Assembly: GCF_009914755.1 (NCBI RefSeq)
Contig: NC_060947.1
DNA: 64,000 bases
Strand: one strand, 5' to 3'
DNA from: the human T2T-CHM13v2.0 reference genome, Homo sapiens
Below, one piece after another: positions 39,030 through 61,870 of this stretch. The first letter of the stretch is position 1. The number at the start of each line of letters is the position of its first letter. Under the pieces are notes generated by a model. The model made no database searches and was not told where the DNA came from. It saw only the letters and a list, made by a program, of their open reading frames with translations. The position numbers were made by a program, and so were the translations under genes.

Positions 39030-39640
39030 ATTTATAGCAGCTTTATTCACAATGCTCAAATTTGGAAGCAACCAAGCTGTCCTTTGATAGGTGAGTGGAT
39101 AAACTGTGGTACATCCAGACAGTGGAGTATTATTTAGTGATAAAAAGGAATGAGCTATCAAGCCACAGAAAGACATGGAGGAAACGTAAATATATTTTAC
39201 TAAGTGAAAGAAGCCAATCTGAAAAGTCTACATACTGTAGGTTTAACTATATGACATGGAAAGCACAACTTTGGGGACAGTGAAAAGATCAGTGGTTGTC
39301 AGCGGTTGGTGGGAGGGAGGAATGAATAGAGGGAGCACAAAGGATTTTGGAGGCAGTGGAAATGCACTGTATGATATTGCAATGATAGATGCAGGTCATT
39401 ATACAATATTTGTCTGAACTTATACAATATACAACACCAAGAGTGAATCCTAGTGTAATCTATGGACTTTCAGTAATGATGATTTATCGCAGGTTCATCA
39501 AATGTAAACAAATGTACCACTTTGGTGGGGGATGTTAATAATGAGGGAAGCAATACATCTATGGGGGACAGGAAGTAGACAGAAAATCCCTGTACGTTCC
39601 TCTTAATTTTGTTGTGAACTTTCTAAAAAATGAAGTCATT
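39030..39640 (+). mobile_element. L1MC-like 3' region
   Basis: ggataaactgtggtacatccagacagtggagtatt; acaacaccaagagtgaatccta. Confidence 0.85.
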
Positions 39641-39739
39641 TAAGAAATAATTAGCCCTGGGTATTTTGTCTGTTGTTAGTTTTGAGGTAGCATGGGACCT
39701 TTTATTTTTTCACTTGTAATGATATTTTTCTACCTTTTA

Positions 39740-39990
39740 AAATTAACATTTTCAATTTACAAATCATAATTGTATATACATTTATAGGATACAAATGTGA
39801 TGTTTTGATATATGTATGCAACATAAAATGATTAAATTGAGCTAATTAACATCTCTATCACCTTGCTTACCTATAATTTTTATGAGATATATGAAATTTA
39901 ATCTCATTTTAAAATACAAAATACATTATCATTGACTACAGTCACTCTGCTGTGCAGTAGATCTCAGAACTTATGCCTTCTGTCAATCTG
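39740..39990 (-). mobile_element. L1MA 3' end fragment
   Basis: tgattaaattgagctaattaacatctctatcacct; tgctgtgcagtagatctc. Confidence 0.75.
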
Positions 39991-40572
39991 GGCTCCTATG
40001 TAATCCTTAAGTTTTTATAGATCTATGTATATTATAGAAGTTTTTCACAGTGTTTTACACTACCATTTTCACTATTATAATTAATTGTCAGCCACTTTTT
40101 CCTCTCAGCCAGGTTTTTCCTGTCATGTGAAACATAATAGTATCAGCTGAAATAATTCAAGCACCTGACAATTGCATATATAAGCATGCTCTGCACATTT
40201 CCATTTTTATGAAGTGTTAATATTTCTATATATTGAGATAAAATACATAATTTTGTGTAAGTTGAAAAGATTGAATAGTAGTTTCATATGGTTTAAACTA
40301 ATATATGCATATAACATATGACATGGAAATATATACACTCAGGTGTTGACAACAGATACCTCTGGAAAGAATAGATGATAATAATTTTTAGTTTTCTTTT
40401 ATACATGTGTATATTGTATTTTTGAGGAATGAGCAGCTTTGATTTGTAATAAAAACAAAAATATTGGACAACACTATACAATAAAAAATGAATTTAGAAA
40501 ACAATGGGACTTAAGGTGTATATTTTAAAATCTCCTACCTGAATTAATGACTCCAATAATTTATGGCTTATT

Positions 40573-45247
<4,675 letters not shown>

Positions 45248-45540
45248 AAGTTCTATATATAGAACTTAAAGTATAATTATATTATATATTATATTATGTT
45301 ATATATTATATTATATTATATTATATATAACATAATATAATATTATATATTATATAATATAATATATATTATATATAATGTATATAATACATATATAAAT
45401 ATATATATTTATAATATATATTATATATATTATATATTATATAATATATATAATATATATTATATTATATATATTATATTATATATATTATATATTATAT
45501 ATATTATATAACTTATAGAATATAAGTTATATGGTGGAAT
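45248..45540. repeat. AT-rich low-complexity (TA/TTA) tract bounded by hairpins
   Basis: Almost pure A/T; palindrome at 45248-45267 and stem-loop at 45506-45532. Confidence 0.95.
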
Positions 45541-46340
45541 ATGGCAATTCCACCTTCAGTTTGCTCAGGCCTAAAATTTTTGTGTTTATCCTTGACTCCT
45601 GCCAGTCCCTCACTACTCACCGCGTTAAATCCAATAGGAAATAACATCACTTCTACCCCTACCACACTGGTTCATGCCATCATCAAATCTTGTAAGTTTT
45701 ATTGTAAATAGTCTCTTAACTGGTCTCCTTGCTTCAACTCCTGCTTGTCTATAGTCTCTGCCTCACAGTTACCACTGTTATCCTTTAAAAATATCAACCA
45801 CATTATATCATCTCTCTTCTCAAAACCTTAAAAGTTTCTCATCTCATTTAAAATAAAACCTAAATCCTGTACTATAATCTACATGGTCCCTGGTGATGTT
45901 TCCTACCTCTGACCTCTTCTTCCGCCCTGCCCCTTCCTTATCTCTCTTTATTCATATCACTCTCCTTTCTTTCCCCCAGGCTCCTCAATTGCTATACTGG
46001 AACACTTTTTCCACATATAGCCAGAAGGCATCCTCATCACTTCATTCAGGTCTCTGTTCAAATGTCACCACATCAGAAGACCTACTTCACCATCATATCA
46101 AAAATAACAAAATAGACAGATAGCTAGATATTAATATACCTGTAGATGTGGGTATATATGTAGATATAGCTATAGCTATAGATATAGATATAACAGTATG
46201 TCTTCATCCACTCATTACTATCATTACATTATGAATTCTATAAGCAGAGTGTTTCTGATGTTTGTCTTTGTTGACTACTGTTATCTTTATGTTTAAAACA
46301 GCTCCTGACACATAAGAAAAAATTTTTGACTAAATGAATT
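45541..46340 (+). mobile_element. L2 3' region
   Basis: atggcaattccaccttcagtttgctcaggcc; cattcaggtctctgttcaaatgtcacc; L2-type 3' end. Confidence 0.8.
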
Positions 46341-47296
46341 AGTGCAATCATCATTAATATAGTATATTGTCAGGGGGGCAGGGGAGATTTTTAAGGAACA
46401 AAACCATCACAATCTACCTAGTTGGTTTTCCTATTCAGTTCGCTTATGGTAACAGCAGCAATAAAGAAGTACCTGAGCTCACTTTAGAAGCTAGAATGGC
46501 AATTAGACACGTGAAATAGTTGGGATTTTATAGATACAGTAATCCTTTCTGTGACTCTGGACTGAGTCAACCAGTTGAGAGATGATTAGCAATTGAATCA
46601 CAGCAGTGGCAAAGGAGATGAAATGCAGAAGGTGGATGGAGAAGGCTGAGAAAAAAGTCACAGGACCTAACAACAGATCACTTGTGGTGAGTGAGAGAGG
46701 AGGAAATGAACAGGGCTGAATTTTCTAGTATGACAAATTGAATTCATAGGGTAAGAATAAAATTCTGCCTTTACCTTCATTCAGGGAACTCCTACTTTCT
46801 CTTCAGCAACAATATTGCCTTGGCATCAAAATTAGCAATACTACTAATTAGCATTATTTAGAAGAAATAACACTAACATGGTAAAACCACAATGGTAAAT
46901 GAACTGATTGAGATCACTATGACATAAGACAGGGACAAAGAAAAAATAATAATTCTTGAAGATTATGCAAAATATCAAGAATGAATATGATGGCATTTAA
47001 AACCCTAACTACTGAGCGCAGTTTTAGTTGGAAGCCTTTGTTCAAACAAGCGTTGCCACTCACCAGCTGGCATTTCCTTCTTTTGTATTTACTAAGACAA
47101 TTAGTTCTTTCTGTGCCAACAGACCTACATGCTGTGTAATGAAATACAATAATGATGGAGCCCCATGGACTTGAACTAGTCTGCTTTCCATTCTAAGGCA
47201 GTGGTTTACAATATAAATTACTAACCAATAATTCAACCTAAGCCTTCTTGTATCACCAAATAATATATTCATATGCAACATAGCAGTTGCACAGAC

Positions 47297-47485
47297 CAGT
47301 GGTTCTCAAACTTTATCGTGCATGAGAATCACTGGAGGAACTTGTTAAAACACAGATTACTGGGCCCCAGCTCCGGATATTCTGACTCACTAGGTCTGGA
47401 ATAGGGCTCAATAATTTGCATTTCTGACACTTTCCTGAGTAATGGTGATGCAGCTAGTCTAAGGATCACATTTTGAGAATCATTG
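47297..47485. mobile_element. MER5A hAT-Charlie MITE
   Basis: TIRs cagtggttctcaaa / tttgagaatcattg; cttgttaaaacacagatt; aatttgcatttct. Confidence 0.9.
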
Positions 47486-48912
47486 CCATAGAATCATATT
47501 TTTCTGTCACCAGAGAAGTAGTCTCTAAAATATTAAATATTAAGTCTAGATGTAGAGTAACAGCTATAAGACTAATATTCTCCTTCATCTTTGTCATTAC
47601 CAGTAGGACAATTTCACACTCTCCTGAGCCTCTAAGAGATATAATACTTGGATAAAGTGTTAATTAACAAAATCACTAGTGAGACAGAGAAAAATAGGGG
47701 AAGGAGAAACAAAGAAATATGGTTTCTAGGTCTGTGTCCTGGAAATCTAGTTCTGACTTTTATGAAGTGAATATTTTTAGACACCCAACTAGACTCTTAT
47801 TCTCTACATCTATTGTCAATCTCTAAAGTGGTCAGGTCAGGCTTGATGATTTAGACTTAGGGAGTCAAGCTAAGAGGAGAGAATAACTATCTACAGGCAG
47901 TTACTCCAAATGTTTATGCTAATTATGAGCTGCTTTCCCTCACATTTAAATGTAATTTCAAGTTTAATTTAGTTTTTTCTGATATTAAGGGTTTTTAAAC
48001 AATATTTTTAACAGAGAAGCAAATCTCAAAATCTACATCTTTCTGTGGCTCACCAGTCCATTGTATAACATGAGTGATCTTTGCTGCCTGAGGTACTTGT
48101 TCCATACTGAATGCTTTGGATTGCAGTAATTTTTACATCAACCTATTAAGATTATTTTTCACTAAAACAGTTCCTGTAATATATTTGCAAACACCATCTC
48201 TGCAAACAAAACAAAGTAAAATCAAAACAGTCCTCTTCTCCAAATAAATCTTTTGATAATGAAACTTTCATGAATCCTGTGTCAATGCCAAGAACAGCAT
48301 CTGGAACACAGTAAGTATTTCATATCCATGCTCAGTGATAGGCTGCATGATTCAAATGAGCTGATAACGCATTAACAAGTATTGATCTTACTGTTACACA
48401 TTTTGGCTTTTCAGAAGAACTGGGTAAATTAAGACAAAGTTTATATTTGGAAAATGGCTGCAAGAAGTAGTCAAATAATTGGGAGCATAATAGCAAAGCA
48501 TGAATTTCAGTGGTACAGGTAATGTTCATTTGAGTAGAAAAAGTGTATGAGGTTAGTTCCTAATCATAAAAATATATGGATCAAGAACCTGGATTATAGT
48601 TTTTCTATGAAATATATTTCTATAGTTTTACTTTAGCAGGTTACAGATTGCTAGAATTCAACTTTAAAAATGCCAAGCAGATCTTTTTCTATACTGTCTT
48701 TAAACTTAACCTACCCATTATAGCATTTTTGCCTTAGCAATATTTCATTATCATGCTTGTGGAGTGGGGTAGGGGTATCACAGACTGAGGCCAAACTTCA
48801 TAAGTATTGTTAGACATGGACTATGTGAAGGAGAAAAGAAAGAGATGCAAAGTATTCTAAGCAGTCCTGTGCTCCTACTGAGTGACCATTAAGCTACTTC
48901 AAAATTACCATT

Positions 48913-53300
<4,388 letters not shown>

Positions 53301-55658
53301 TTAAAGTTATGAATATTTTAAGATTCCAGAGGCAGGTTCCCAGCATAATTTTCTGGAATAAAAAAAGGCTTATGTTCAAGACCACAGGGAAAATCTAATT
53401 TTTGAAATACAGTGCAAAGCACATAACTGGATTTTTTGGTGATATAAGTATAGATTGGGCTAATTGAGTATAAATATTAAAAAGAACTTGAAAGTTTGAG
53501 AAATAGTGAAGTCAATGGTCACAATTAATTTAATAACTAAGGAAAACATGAAACATTTGTGATATAGATATGATTTAGAAGGATGTGACTAAGACATATC
53601 ATTAATATATAATTCAGCTTATTGAGAAAACCTATGAAAAGTAACCCAACTGATTAAAACAGACTTCCTTAGTCACAGTGAAATTTTCATATTATATTTA
53701 ATCTGGATAATTAGTAAGATAATTGGTTTTGATACTGCAGTTCAACTGTTTATGTAACATTATGGAAATTAATTATATTTGTCAAAAAGATTGCTTAATT
53801 TTTAATGGGTTTTGTTTTGAATGAATTTTATTTTTTCCCCATTTACTTGGCACCATCATAAAGTATACTCTTAGAGTATCACAGTTCAAGTTGTTCACCC
53901 CTTCATAATTGAAAAAAACATGACTAGCAATGATCATTAATATAAGCTGCCTTATATTTCGGAAGAGTTCCAGGAAACCTGCATATAGCTAGGCACACAG
54001 TTTACTACCCTGTGGACATTTTCTCCAAGGATATTTGTGAAAACAAAAAGGAGAAACCCTTTATCAACTGATCAAACCAGAATTTATTTCTTGTTAAACT
54101 ATGCTTCTAGGAGGATAAAAAGAACCAAGGGACCAATGAAAACAAAATTTATTATGTATCAGCATAAAGCCAATGTATCCAAATGACAGATATGTAGAAA
54201 CCTAGATAATTATTTCTTCCTGTATTGAATGAATGATATGACTTAAGGACACACTGTCCAGTGAGTGTCCTGCCTACTAAGGTCATATTAAAATGTGATT
54301 TGCAGAGTCCTCAATACCTTAAAGCAACAGTGCTGGTACCATTTCACTCTTTTTAACCACTGACATTCAAAGATAGTCTCTTTCCTTTCCTAACTCTCCC
54401 AATATTGAGCAACTGTATTTGTGCTCTATCTGTCTGTCTGTCTGTCTATCTGACTTTCTCTAGTTCTAAACTGTGAACTTCCCAAAGACAGTGACCGTAC
54501 CTCAGTACATGGCACATCATGAACACTAAATAAATGTTAATTGAGCAGAGATATCTTGGGCAGTCTGAGCCTAAACATAATTATTCTAATAATCTAACCA
54601 GTCTTTATTGAGTACAAGCTGTATACAAGATGTGTTGTTAGGCATTAAGATACAAACATAAATGTAATATATTCCCATCCTTATATATTTTACAATCTGG
54701 TTTGGGAGGCAGATAATTGAAGTGGCACCTATGGTATAGCAGAGTAAGTGATGGATAAAGCTACTCATAGGGTAGTATGGGAACCCAGATTGTAATACTC
54801 ATAGTTTTGTTTTAGCACTATCTTTTTGACAGTAGGTGTGGGATGGATTCAGGGAAGAGGCAGGAGGGTGCATGCATGAGAAAGAGTCATAATTTTCTCC
54901 AGAACCTTTCATTCAGTATTTTCCAAGAGACTTCTGTTTTAACTATCAATGTCTCATACCATTGCCAAATTAATTCCATGTCTATGATTTTTATAACGCT
55001 CCTTTTCAGTCTCTACACTGCCTTCCTCAATTTCCCTTTCAAGGCAATAGTTTCAGAGCGTCTGCTCTATGGTCACAAGAAAAGGTGCATGATTCCTTAG
55101 TCTGTCACTTACTACTTGTGAGCAACTGGACAAGTTAAAAATAATCTCCTTGCATATTAAATGTGTTGATTCACATGAAATGATATATATGCCTTCCATT
55201 CACTACACAAAGAGACAACTTGCTTTTTAATAATAGGAAAATGAATTTTGCATATAGAGAAATAAAATTAGAATTTATAGCCTTATTTGATGCTTTGTTT
55301 GTTTTTATGAAAAAGAAATTCGGTATTTTATTCATTTTAACAAAAATCACCTTTTTATAATTTTGCCAAAGTAATACATCCACGTTTTTAAATAAAATAG
55401 TACAGAAAGGTGTTTAATATAATCAATAATCTGTCCCCAATCATCCCTTGTTTGGTTCATTCCCCAGAAATAATCAATTTGAACATTTTCTGCTTGAAGG
55501 TCCTTTTATGGCTGCTGTCCTATTTCTAAATAACATTACATAATAATGCTTATATTTATTGACTTTAATATTTGTCTTGGCTTTCTCTATTGATGATAAG
55601 CAACTAGCTTATTTACACCACCCCACACCCTCTATTTCTTATCTTGCCAAGTCAGTTT

Positions 55659-58600
55659 TGTTATTTATTTTTTACAGTGTTATGTTTGACACAAAATTTT
55701 ACATATTTATGGGGTATAATTTACTTTTTGCATACATATATATATTGTGTAATGATCAAATCAGGGTAATTAGCATATCCGTCACATCAAATATTTATCA
55801 TTTCTTTGTAGTGAGAACATACAAAATCCCCTTTCCTAGCTTTTTTGAAATACATTATTGCTAACTACAGTCACTTTTACTGTGCAATGGAACACCAAAA
55901 CGATTTCCTCCTGTCTACTTTTAACTTTATATCTGTTGACCAACCTCATGCCTTCCTCGCTTCTCCCCTACCCTCCTCAGCCTCTAGTAGCCACTCTTCT
56001 GCCTTCTACTTCTGAGATCAGCATTTTATATTCGACACATAAGTGATATCATGTAGTATTTGTCTTTCTGTGTCTCTTATTTCACTTAACATAATGTCCT
56101 CCAAGTTCATTCATGTTAATACAAATGACAGGATTTTATTGCTTTTTAGGGCTGAATAGTATTCCATTGTGTATATATACCACATTTTTAATCCATTCAT
56201 CTCTTGATGGACACAGGTTGATTTCATATTTTCGCTATCGGGAATAGTGCTGCATTAAACATGAAAGTACAGTTATCTCTTTGACATACTGATTTCACTT
56301 CCTTTGTACATATATACAGTAGTGGGATTGCTGGATCATATGGTAATTCTATTGTTAATTTTTTTAGGAACCTCAATTTTGTTTTTCATAATGGTTATAC
56401 TAATTTACATTCCCACCAAAAGTGTGTAAAGTTCTGTTTTCTCCACATCCTTGCCAACACCTATGTCTTTTATTAAAATAGTCATTCTAACTAGAGAGAG
56501 GTGATATCCCATTGTGGTTTTGATTTGCATTTGCCTGATGATTGGTGCTTCTGAGAGGTTTCCATATACCTGCTTGCTACTTTTATATCTTCTTTTGAGA
56601 AATGTCTATTCAGATATTTTGCTGATTTTAATTGAATTATATTATTTCCTATTGAGTTGCTCGAGTTCCTTATAAAATTTTGGATATTAACCCCTTGTCA
56701 GATGTATAGTATGCAAATATTTTCTCCCATTCTGTAGACTGTCTCTTCATATTGTTGATTATTTTCTTTGCTGTGCAGAAGTTTTTAGTTTCAGGTAATG
56801 CTATTTGATTCTTTTTGTTTTAGTTGCCTATGCTTTTGAGGTCTTATCCAAAATTCCTTGCCAAGACCAACATCATGAGGCATTTCTCCTATGTTTTCTT
56901 CTAGTAATTTCATAGTTAGTGGGTCTTACCTTTAAATCTTTAATCCATCTTTATTTGATTTCTGTTTATGTGAGACATGGGGGTCTAGTTTTATTCTTCT
57001 GCATATGGATACCCAATTTTCTTAACATCATTTTTTGAGGATACTGTCCTTTCCCCAACGAGTGCTCTTGGAGTCTTTGTTGAAAGTCAGTTAGCTGTAG
57101 ATATACATGTTTATTTATGGGTTATCTATTCTGTTTCATTAGTCTATGTGTTTGTTTTTATGCCAGTACCATGCTGTTTTGATTACCATATTTTGAAGTC
57201 AGGTAGTGTGATGTCTCCAGTTTTGTTCTTTTTGCTCAATATTGCTTTGGCTGTTCAGTCTTCTGTAGTTTTATATTAATTTTAGGATTTTTTTTCTATG
57301 TCTGTGAATGTCATTGGTATTTTGATAGGAATTGCATTGAATTTGTAGATTCCTTTGGGCAGTATGAACATTTCAACAATATTAATTCTACTAACTATGA
57401 TAGGGTTATATTTCCACTTATTTGTGTCCTATTAAATTTCCTTCATCAATGTTTTATAGTTTTCATTTTAGAGGTCTTTTATCACTTTGGTTGAATTTAT
57501 TACTAGGTATCTTTTTTGTAGCTATTGCAAATGGGATTGCTTTCTTGCTTTCCTTTTCATATAGTTCACTGTTAGTGTGTAGAAACACTACATAATTTTG
57601 TGTGTTGGTTCTTCATCCTGCATCTTTTAGTGGTGACTCTGGATCCTTAGATGATGGGACACAGCAGTATCTCAAACTCTCTGAGTCCAGATGTAGTGGT
57701 GGGAAGGATCTCGGAATGGTAGAGTGTAGCTTGTGCCATTGGGGGGCAGGAAGCAGCACAATCATGACTCCACTTCCCAGGTAGAAGGGTGTCTCAAAAG
57801 CTCAAGTTTCTAGGGTCCTACTCTAGTTCCAGGGAAGCAGGGAACTAGAGTTGTTTTGCCTGTAGGGCAGGGTTTCTTAGCTCAGTCAAAGCTCTGTTTC
57901 CCTGGGACATGGGGTACTATGTCAGTTCTGCTCTGGGATGTGGGTCTGTTTGGCCCGGCCAAGACACTGGTTTCCCAGGAGGTGATGCACCTCTTCAGCT
58001 CAGACCTGGAAGGCATTACTGCTTTGGGCAGCCAAGACACCATTTGCCTGGGATGCAGGGTGCTGCTTCCACTTAGGAACAGGGGAGCATGAGTGCTCTG
58101 TGCATCTAAGGTACTACTGCCCTGGAGGTAGGGCACAGCTTCTACTCAGGCACTGAGAGGGCATGACTGCTCTGGGTGGCCAAGACATCATTTCCCCAGG
58201 ATGCAGGGTGCCGCATCAGCTCAGGCACAGGGGATGGGGGGCAGCAGCAGTAGAGGGGGCAGATAGAATGGCTCTGCCAATGCACTGTTTCATTGGAAGG
58301 CAGTGTACAGCTTTAGGTCAGGCCCTGAGAGGCAAGGCTCAGTAGTGACTGGGAGGGGTAGATGGACCAACTCCACAGCAGCTTGGCCCCATGGGGTAGG
58401 GTGTAGCAGTAGCTTGGCTCAGGTACAGCAGACCACCAGGCAGGGATGGCTCAGTGGCAGCTAAGCTTCACGGGTGGAAGGGTGCTGTGGCCACTCACCC
58501 CTGGAGCAGGACACACTCCAGCAGTAGTTCCAGTTCCAAGATGGTGTAGCCCAATGGGCCACAGCGAGTGGGGCACTGCTGGCTGTTTCTCTGTGGGGAG

Positions 58601-58996
58601 CATGGCTGTGTGGACTCCAGGAAGTTCCCTCAGCTGGGCTTAGTGTATGTGAGGACTGTAGGGGTCCCTAGTGGTAAGGACCATAGGTGTCTAAGGTATT
58701 GATTGGAGCTGCTGAAGTACTCTTGCTTACCTTTTCTCCACAGGGAGAAGTCCCTCCTGGTCCTGAGCTGATTTGGGCTGGTGGATGGGGTGATGGAGGC
58801 CAGGTGTTTTCTTTCTTTCTCCATGTAATCATCCTGGGTTTCTGTGCTCTACCAGGTTTCTGCTACTCCTCTGATGCACACTGGTGCTTTCCTTTAGTTA
58901 TTTTCATCAAAATGTAGTTGTTTGTCTTTTGGGCTATCTTTTTGGGGAGGAACAAACACAAAAGCCTTCTGGTTGGCTATCTTGCTGGTGTCACTC
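55659..58996 (-). mobile_element. L1MA-type element: 3' end/late ORF2 (55659-~57630) joined to 5'UTR-like region (~57630-58996)
   Basis: Antisense L1MA 3'UTR and ORF2, abrupt switch to GC-richer sequence ending ggctatcttgctggtgtcact (typical antisense L1M 5' end); candidate TSD ccaagtcagttt (55647-55658) / cccagtcagttt (58997-59008). Confidence 0.8.
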
Positions 58997-59120
58997 CCCA
59001 GTCAGTTTCATACCAGTAATCTCAACTCCTTCACTCATCTTATCCTCCCTGTCAAATATTTTAAACCTCTATTTCTTGTTCCATTACTCTAAATGAATTT
59101 CTAAATCACCTTCTGCTTTC

Positions 59121-59179
59121 TGTATTAGTCAGGGTTCTCCAGAGATATGGAACAGGATGTGTATGTCTACACACATACA

Positions 59180-59241
<62 letters not shown>

Positions 59242-59620
59242 CTTATTGGTTCCATATCTATGATTTATAAGAAGCCAGCTCACACAGTTATGGAAGCTGG
59301 CAAGTCCAAGGTCTTTGAAGTGAATTAGCAAACTGGAGACACAGTAGACTCAAGAGTTAAATTCCAGTTTGAGTTCAAAGGCGTAAGAATCCGAAGAGCT
59401 GATGGTATACTTCTAGTTCAAAGGCTGGAAGATTCAAGACCAAGGAAGAACCAAAGGTCCAGTTCAAGTAAGAGGGCAGGAAAAATTCCTGTATCCTAGT
59501 TCAAAGCCTATCAGTGAGGAAAAATTGTCTTTACTTGGGGAAGGGGTCAGCCTTTTTGTACTATTCAGCCCTTTAACTGATTGGATAAGGCCTGCCAGCA
59601 TTATGGAAGGCAATATGCTG
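59121..59620 (-). mobile_element. MLT2-type ERVL LTR
   Basis: tgtattagtcagggttctccagaga; ggaagctggcaagtccaa; aactgattggataaggcc. Confidence 0.85.
59169..59240. repeat. (CA)n microsatellite
   Basis: About 30 uninterrupted CA units from 59181 to 59240 with an imperfect start. Confidence 0.98.
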
Positions 59621-60079
59621 TCCATTTGACAGATATTTGTTTCATTTCTTGTCTGTTGATGGCTCTACCCCCATGCTCTTCACTATTGTGGCCTTACACA
59701 TTGCTATCTTATGTCCTATTATTTTAATGAGGTGTCAGGGGGACTAAGAAAGACATGTCTGTGTTTAATGTGCCAAAAGCCCAGCTTATTCTATTTTGAA
59801 ATATCTATTTTATGTTATCTCAGGAACCATTTGATTGAAAAAATATTTCTAGATTTCAACCAAAAAGCCTACTTTAATTTGGGCAGTGCTAACAAATTTG
59901 AGTGGAAATAATATGATATTATGAGGCAAAGTCAGTTTAAAAAGTAGTGAGTCATAGAACTGTAATATGAAATATGCTTTGGAGAATACTGACAATATGA
60001 TTTATAATTTCACTCACTCTCTTGGTTAATTCAAACAGTGACTACAATAGGTAATGTCCTTTGTTAAATGGCAATAGAA

Positions 60080-60560
60080 TGAAAAAACCAAACTGTGTTT
60101 CCTGGCCTCAAGGAGTTGATGAAACCAAAATTGATTATGTGAACAAATAATTCCAATTAAATATAGAATGTGACAACTAGCATGTGAAATAAAACAAGAA
60201 GATATAGAAGAGTGAGAGAGACAATGTCCAAGACAGAAAATTGTTCTCATTCATCTACAACTCTGTAATACTTAATCCAAGGTTTGGCATAGAGATGATG
60301 CCCAAAAAGTGCTTATTGCATGGATGAATATGCAATTAAAGTGTGGTGAAAAGGACCTAGGAGAGCTTCATGAGAGCAGAATTTGGTCTGAGTCTTGAAG
60401 AATCGGCAGAATTTTCATAGAAAATTTTCGTGGGTCAAGGTTGGAGAAAACCAAATAATATTGCCAGCATATTTCTAGCAGACTTGGAAGAGCTAGGAAA
60501 ATATGAGGTACACATTAGAAACTGAGTTGAATCCTTTGACTCTTGAAAAGTAGCCTGACA
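60080..60560 (-). mobile_element. L2 fragments
   Basis: tcctggcctcaaggagttga; agagcttcatgagag...tttggtctgagtcttgaagaat. Confidence 0.5.
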
Positions 60561-61044
60561 TTGGAACATGAAACCAAGTGAATGCAGTTTAGAAATATAT
60601 ACTCTATTTGGTATAGAGATTTGGCACAGACTGCTAGTTCTCCTCCATGTCTATTATAACTTTTTGCTTTTAGTAATAGAATCTCCTAAATTTATGCTGG
60701 GATGGGGTCATATGGTTAAGTTCAGGTCAGTGGGGTATGAATGGAAGTGTAGAAGTTGAGGTTAATTTTGGACATGCTCAGTTTATAATGCTCATGGTGC
60801 AATAATCACACTGGCATTTGTCTTTTTAAGTTTTGAAACGATTTAATACAATTTATTTACAGATGTTTGAATACCTAAAGTGAGAATTTAAGCCTTAATT
60901 TCCCTTTATACTTTTTGGGGGCATATGATAATTACAGATATGTGAGATTAGCTTACCCTTTAAATCTCTTAGGTAAAATTTTTTCTATCAATATTTGTGT
61001 AAAATTTGAACCCACATTCGTCATTTATGTTATCTGTTGTTTTG

Positions 61045-61345
61045 CTTTTTATTGATACCTAACAATTGTACATGTTGTGGGATACATGTGATATTTTGAT
61101 ATCTGTGTACAATGTGCAAGAATCATATCAAGGTAATCAGGATAGCCATCACCTCAAACGTGTATCATTTTTTTTGTGTTGGGAACATTCAATATCCTTT
61201 CTTCTAGCTATTTTGAAATAGGCAATAAATTGTTAACTATAGTCACTCTACTGTGCTATCAAACACTAGAACTTACACTTCCTATGTGTATTTTTTACCC
61301 ATTCACCCATTTTCTTCATCCTGCTCCACACACTCTTCCTAGCCT
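61045..61345 (-). mobile_element. L1MA 3' end fragment
   Basis: atcaaggtaatcaggatagccatcacctcaaac; ttctagctattttgaaata. Confidence 0.85.
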
Positions 61346-61369
61346 TCAGAGTGAGATTCTTAGCAGGAG

Positions 61370-61870
61370 ACTGCTCTAAGCATTGCTGACAAATAAATCT
61401 CCCTAAAACTCAGCAACATTCAGCATTTAACAGGATTTCTTTCACAGTTTGGTTTTCCTAAAAAACGTTGAGCTGTGTTTATCATGGTATTGCTCTGCCA
61501 AAAATAACTTTGCTCTTTTTATTTGTTAAGGCACAGATTGAACTAACAAAGAGTCCTCTTCAAAACCAATGGCTCAATTAGATGGCATTTTATTCAAATA
61601 AGTTAGAAGTCTTTTATTCTTTTATATAAAGAAGTCCAGGACAAGTAAACGAATGCTGCTGCATGAGAATATCCAGGAACCCAGGATTGTAGTGTAGCTC
61701 AGCCATCCTTAATCAGTATCTACCAAAGTACCTGGGGTCACTGCCATTTCCATCCAGTGGGAAAGAAGGAAATCCGAGGCAAGTGACTTAATCATAGTTG
61801 AGATAACACTTAAGCTGCACACATCACTTCTAATCCATGGCATTTAAAGAAAATAGACTAGACACATAGG
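61370..61870 (-). mobile_element. Decayed MLT1-like LTR
   Basis: gacaaataaatctccctaaaactcagcaac; tgcacacatcacttct. Confidence 0.4.

Noticed and set aside
46110-46195. TAGA/TATAGC quasi-palindromic run
   Set aside because: Ordinary low-complexity microsatellite inside L2.
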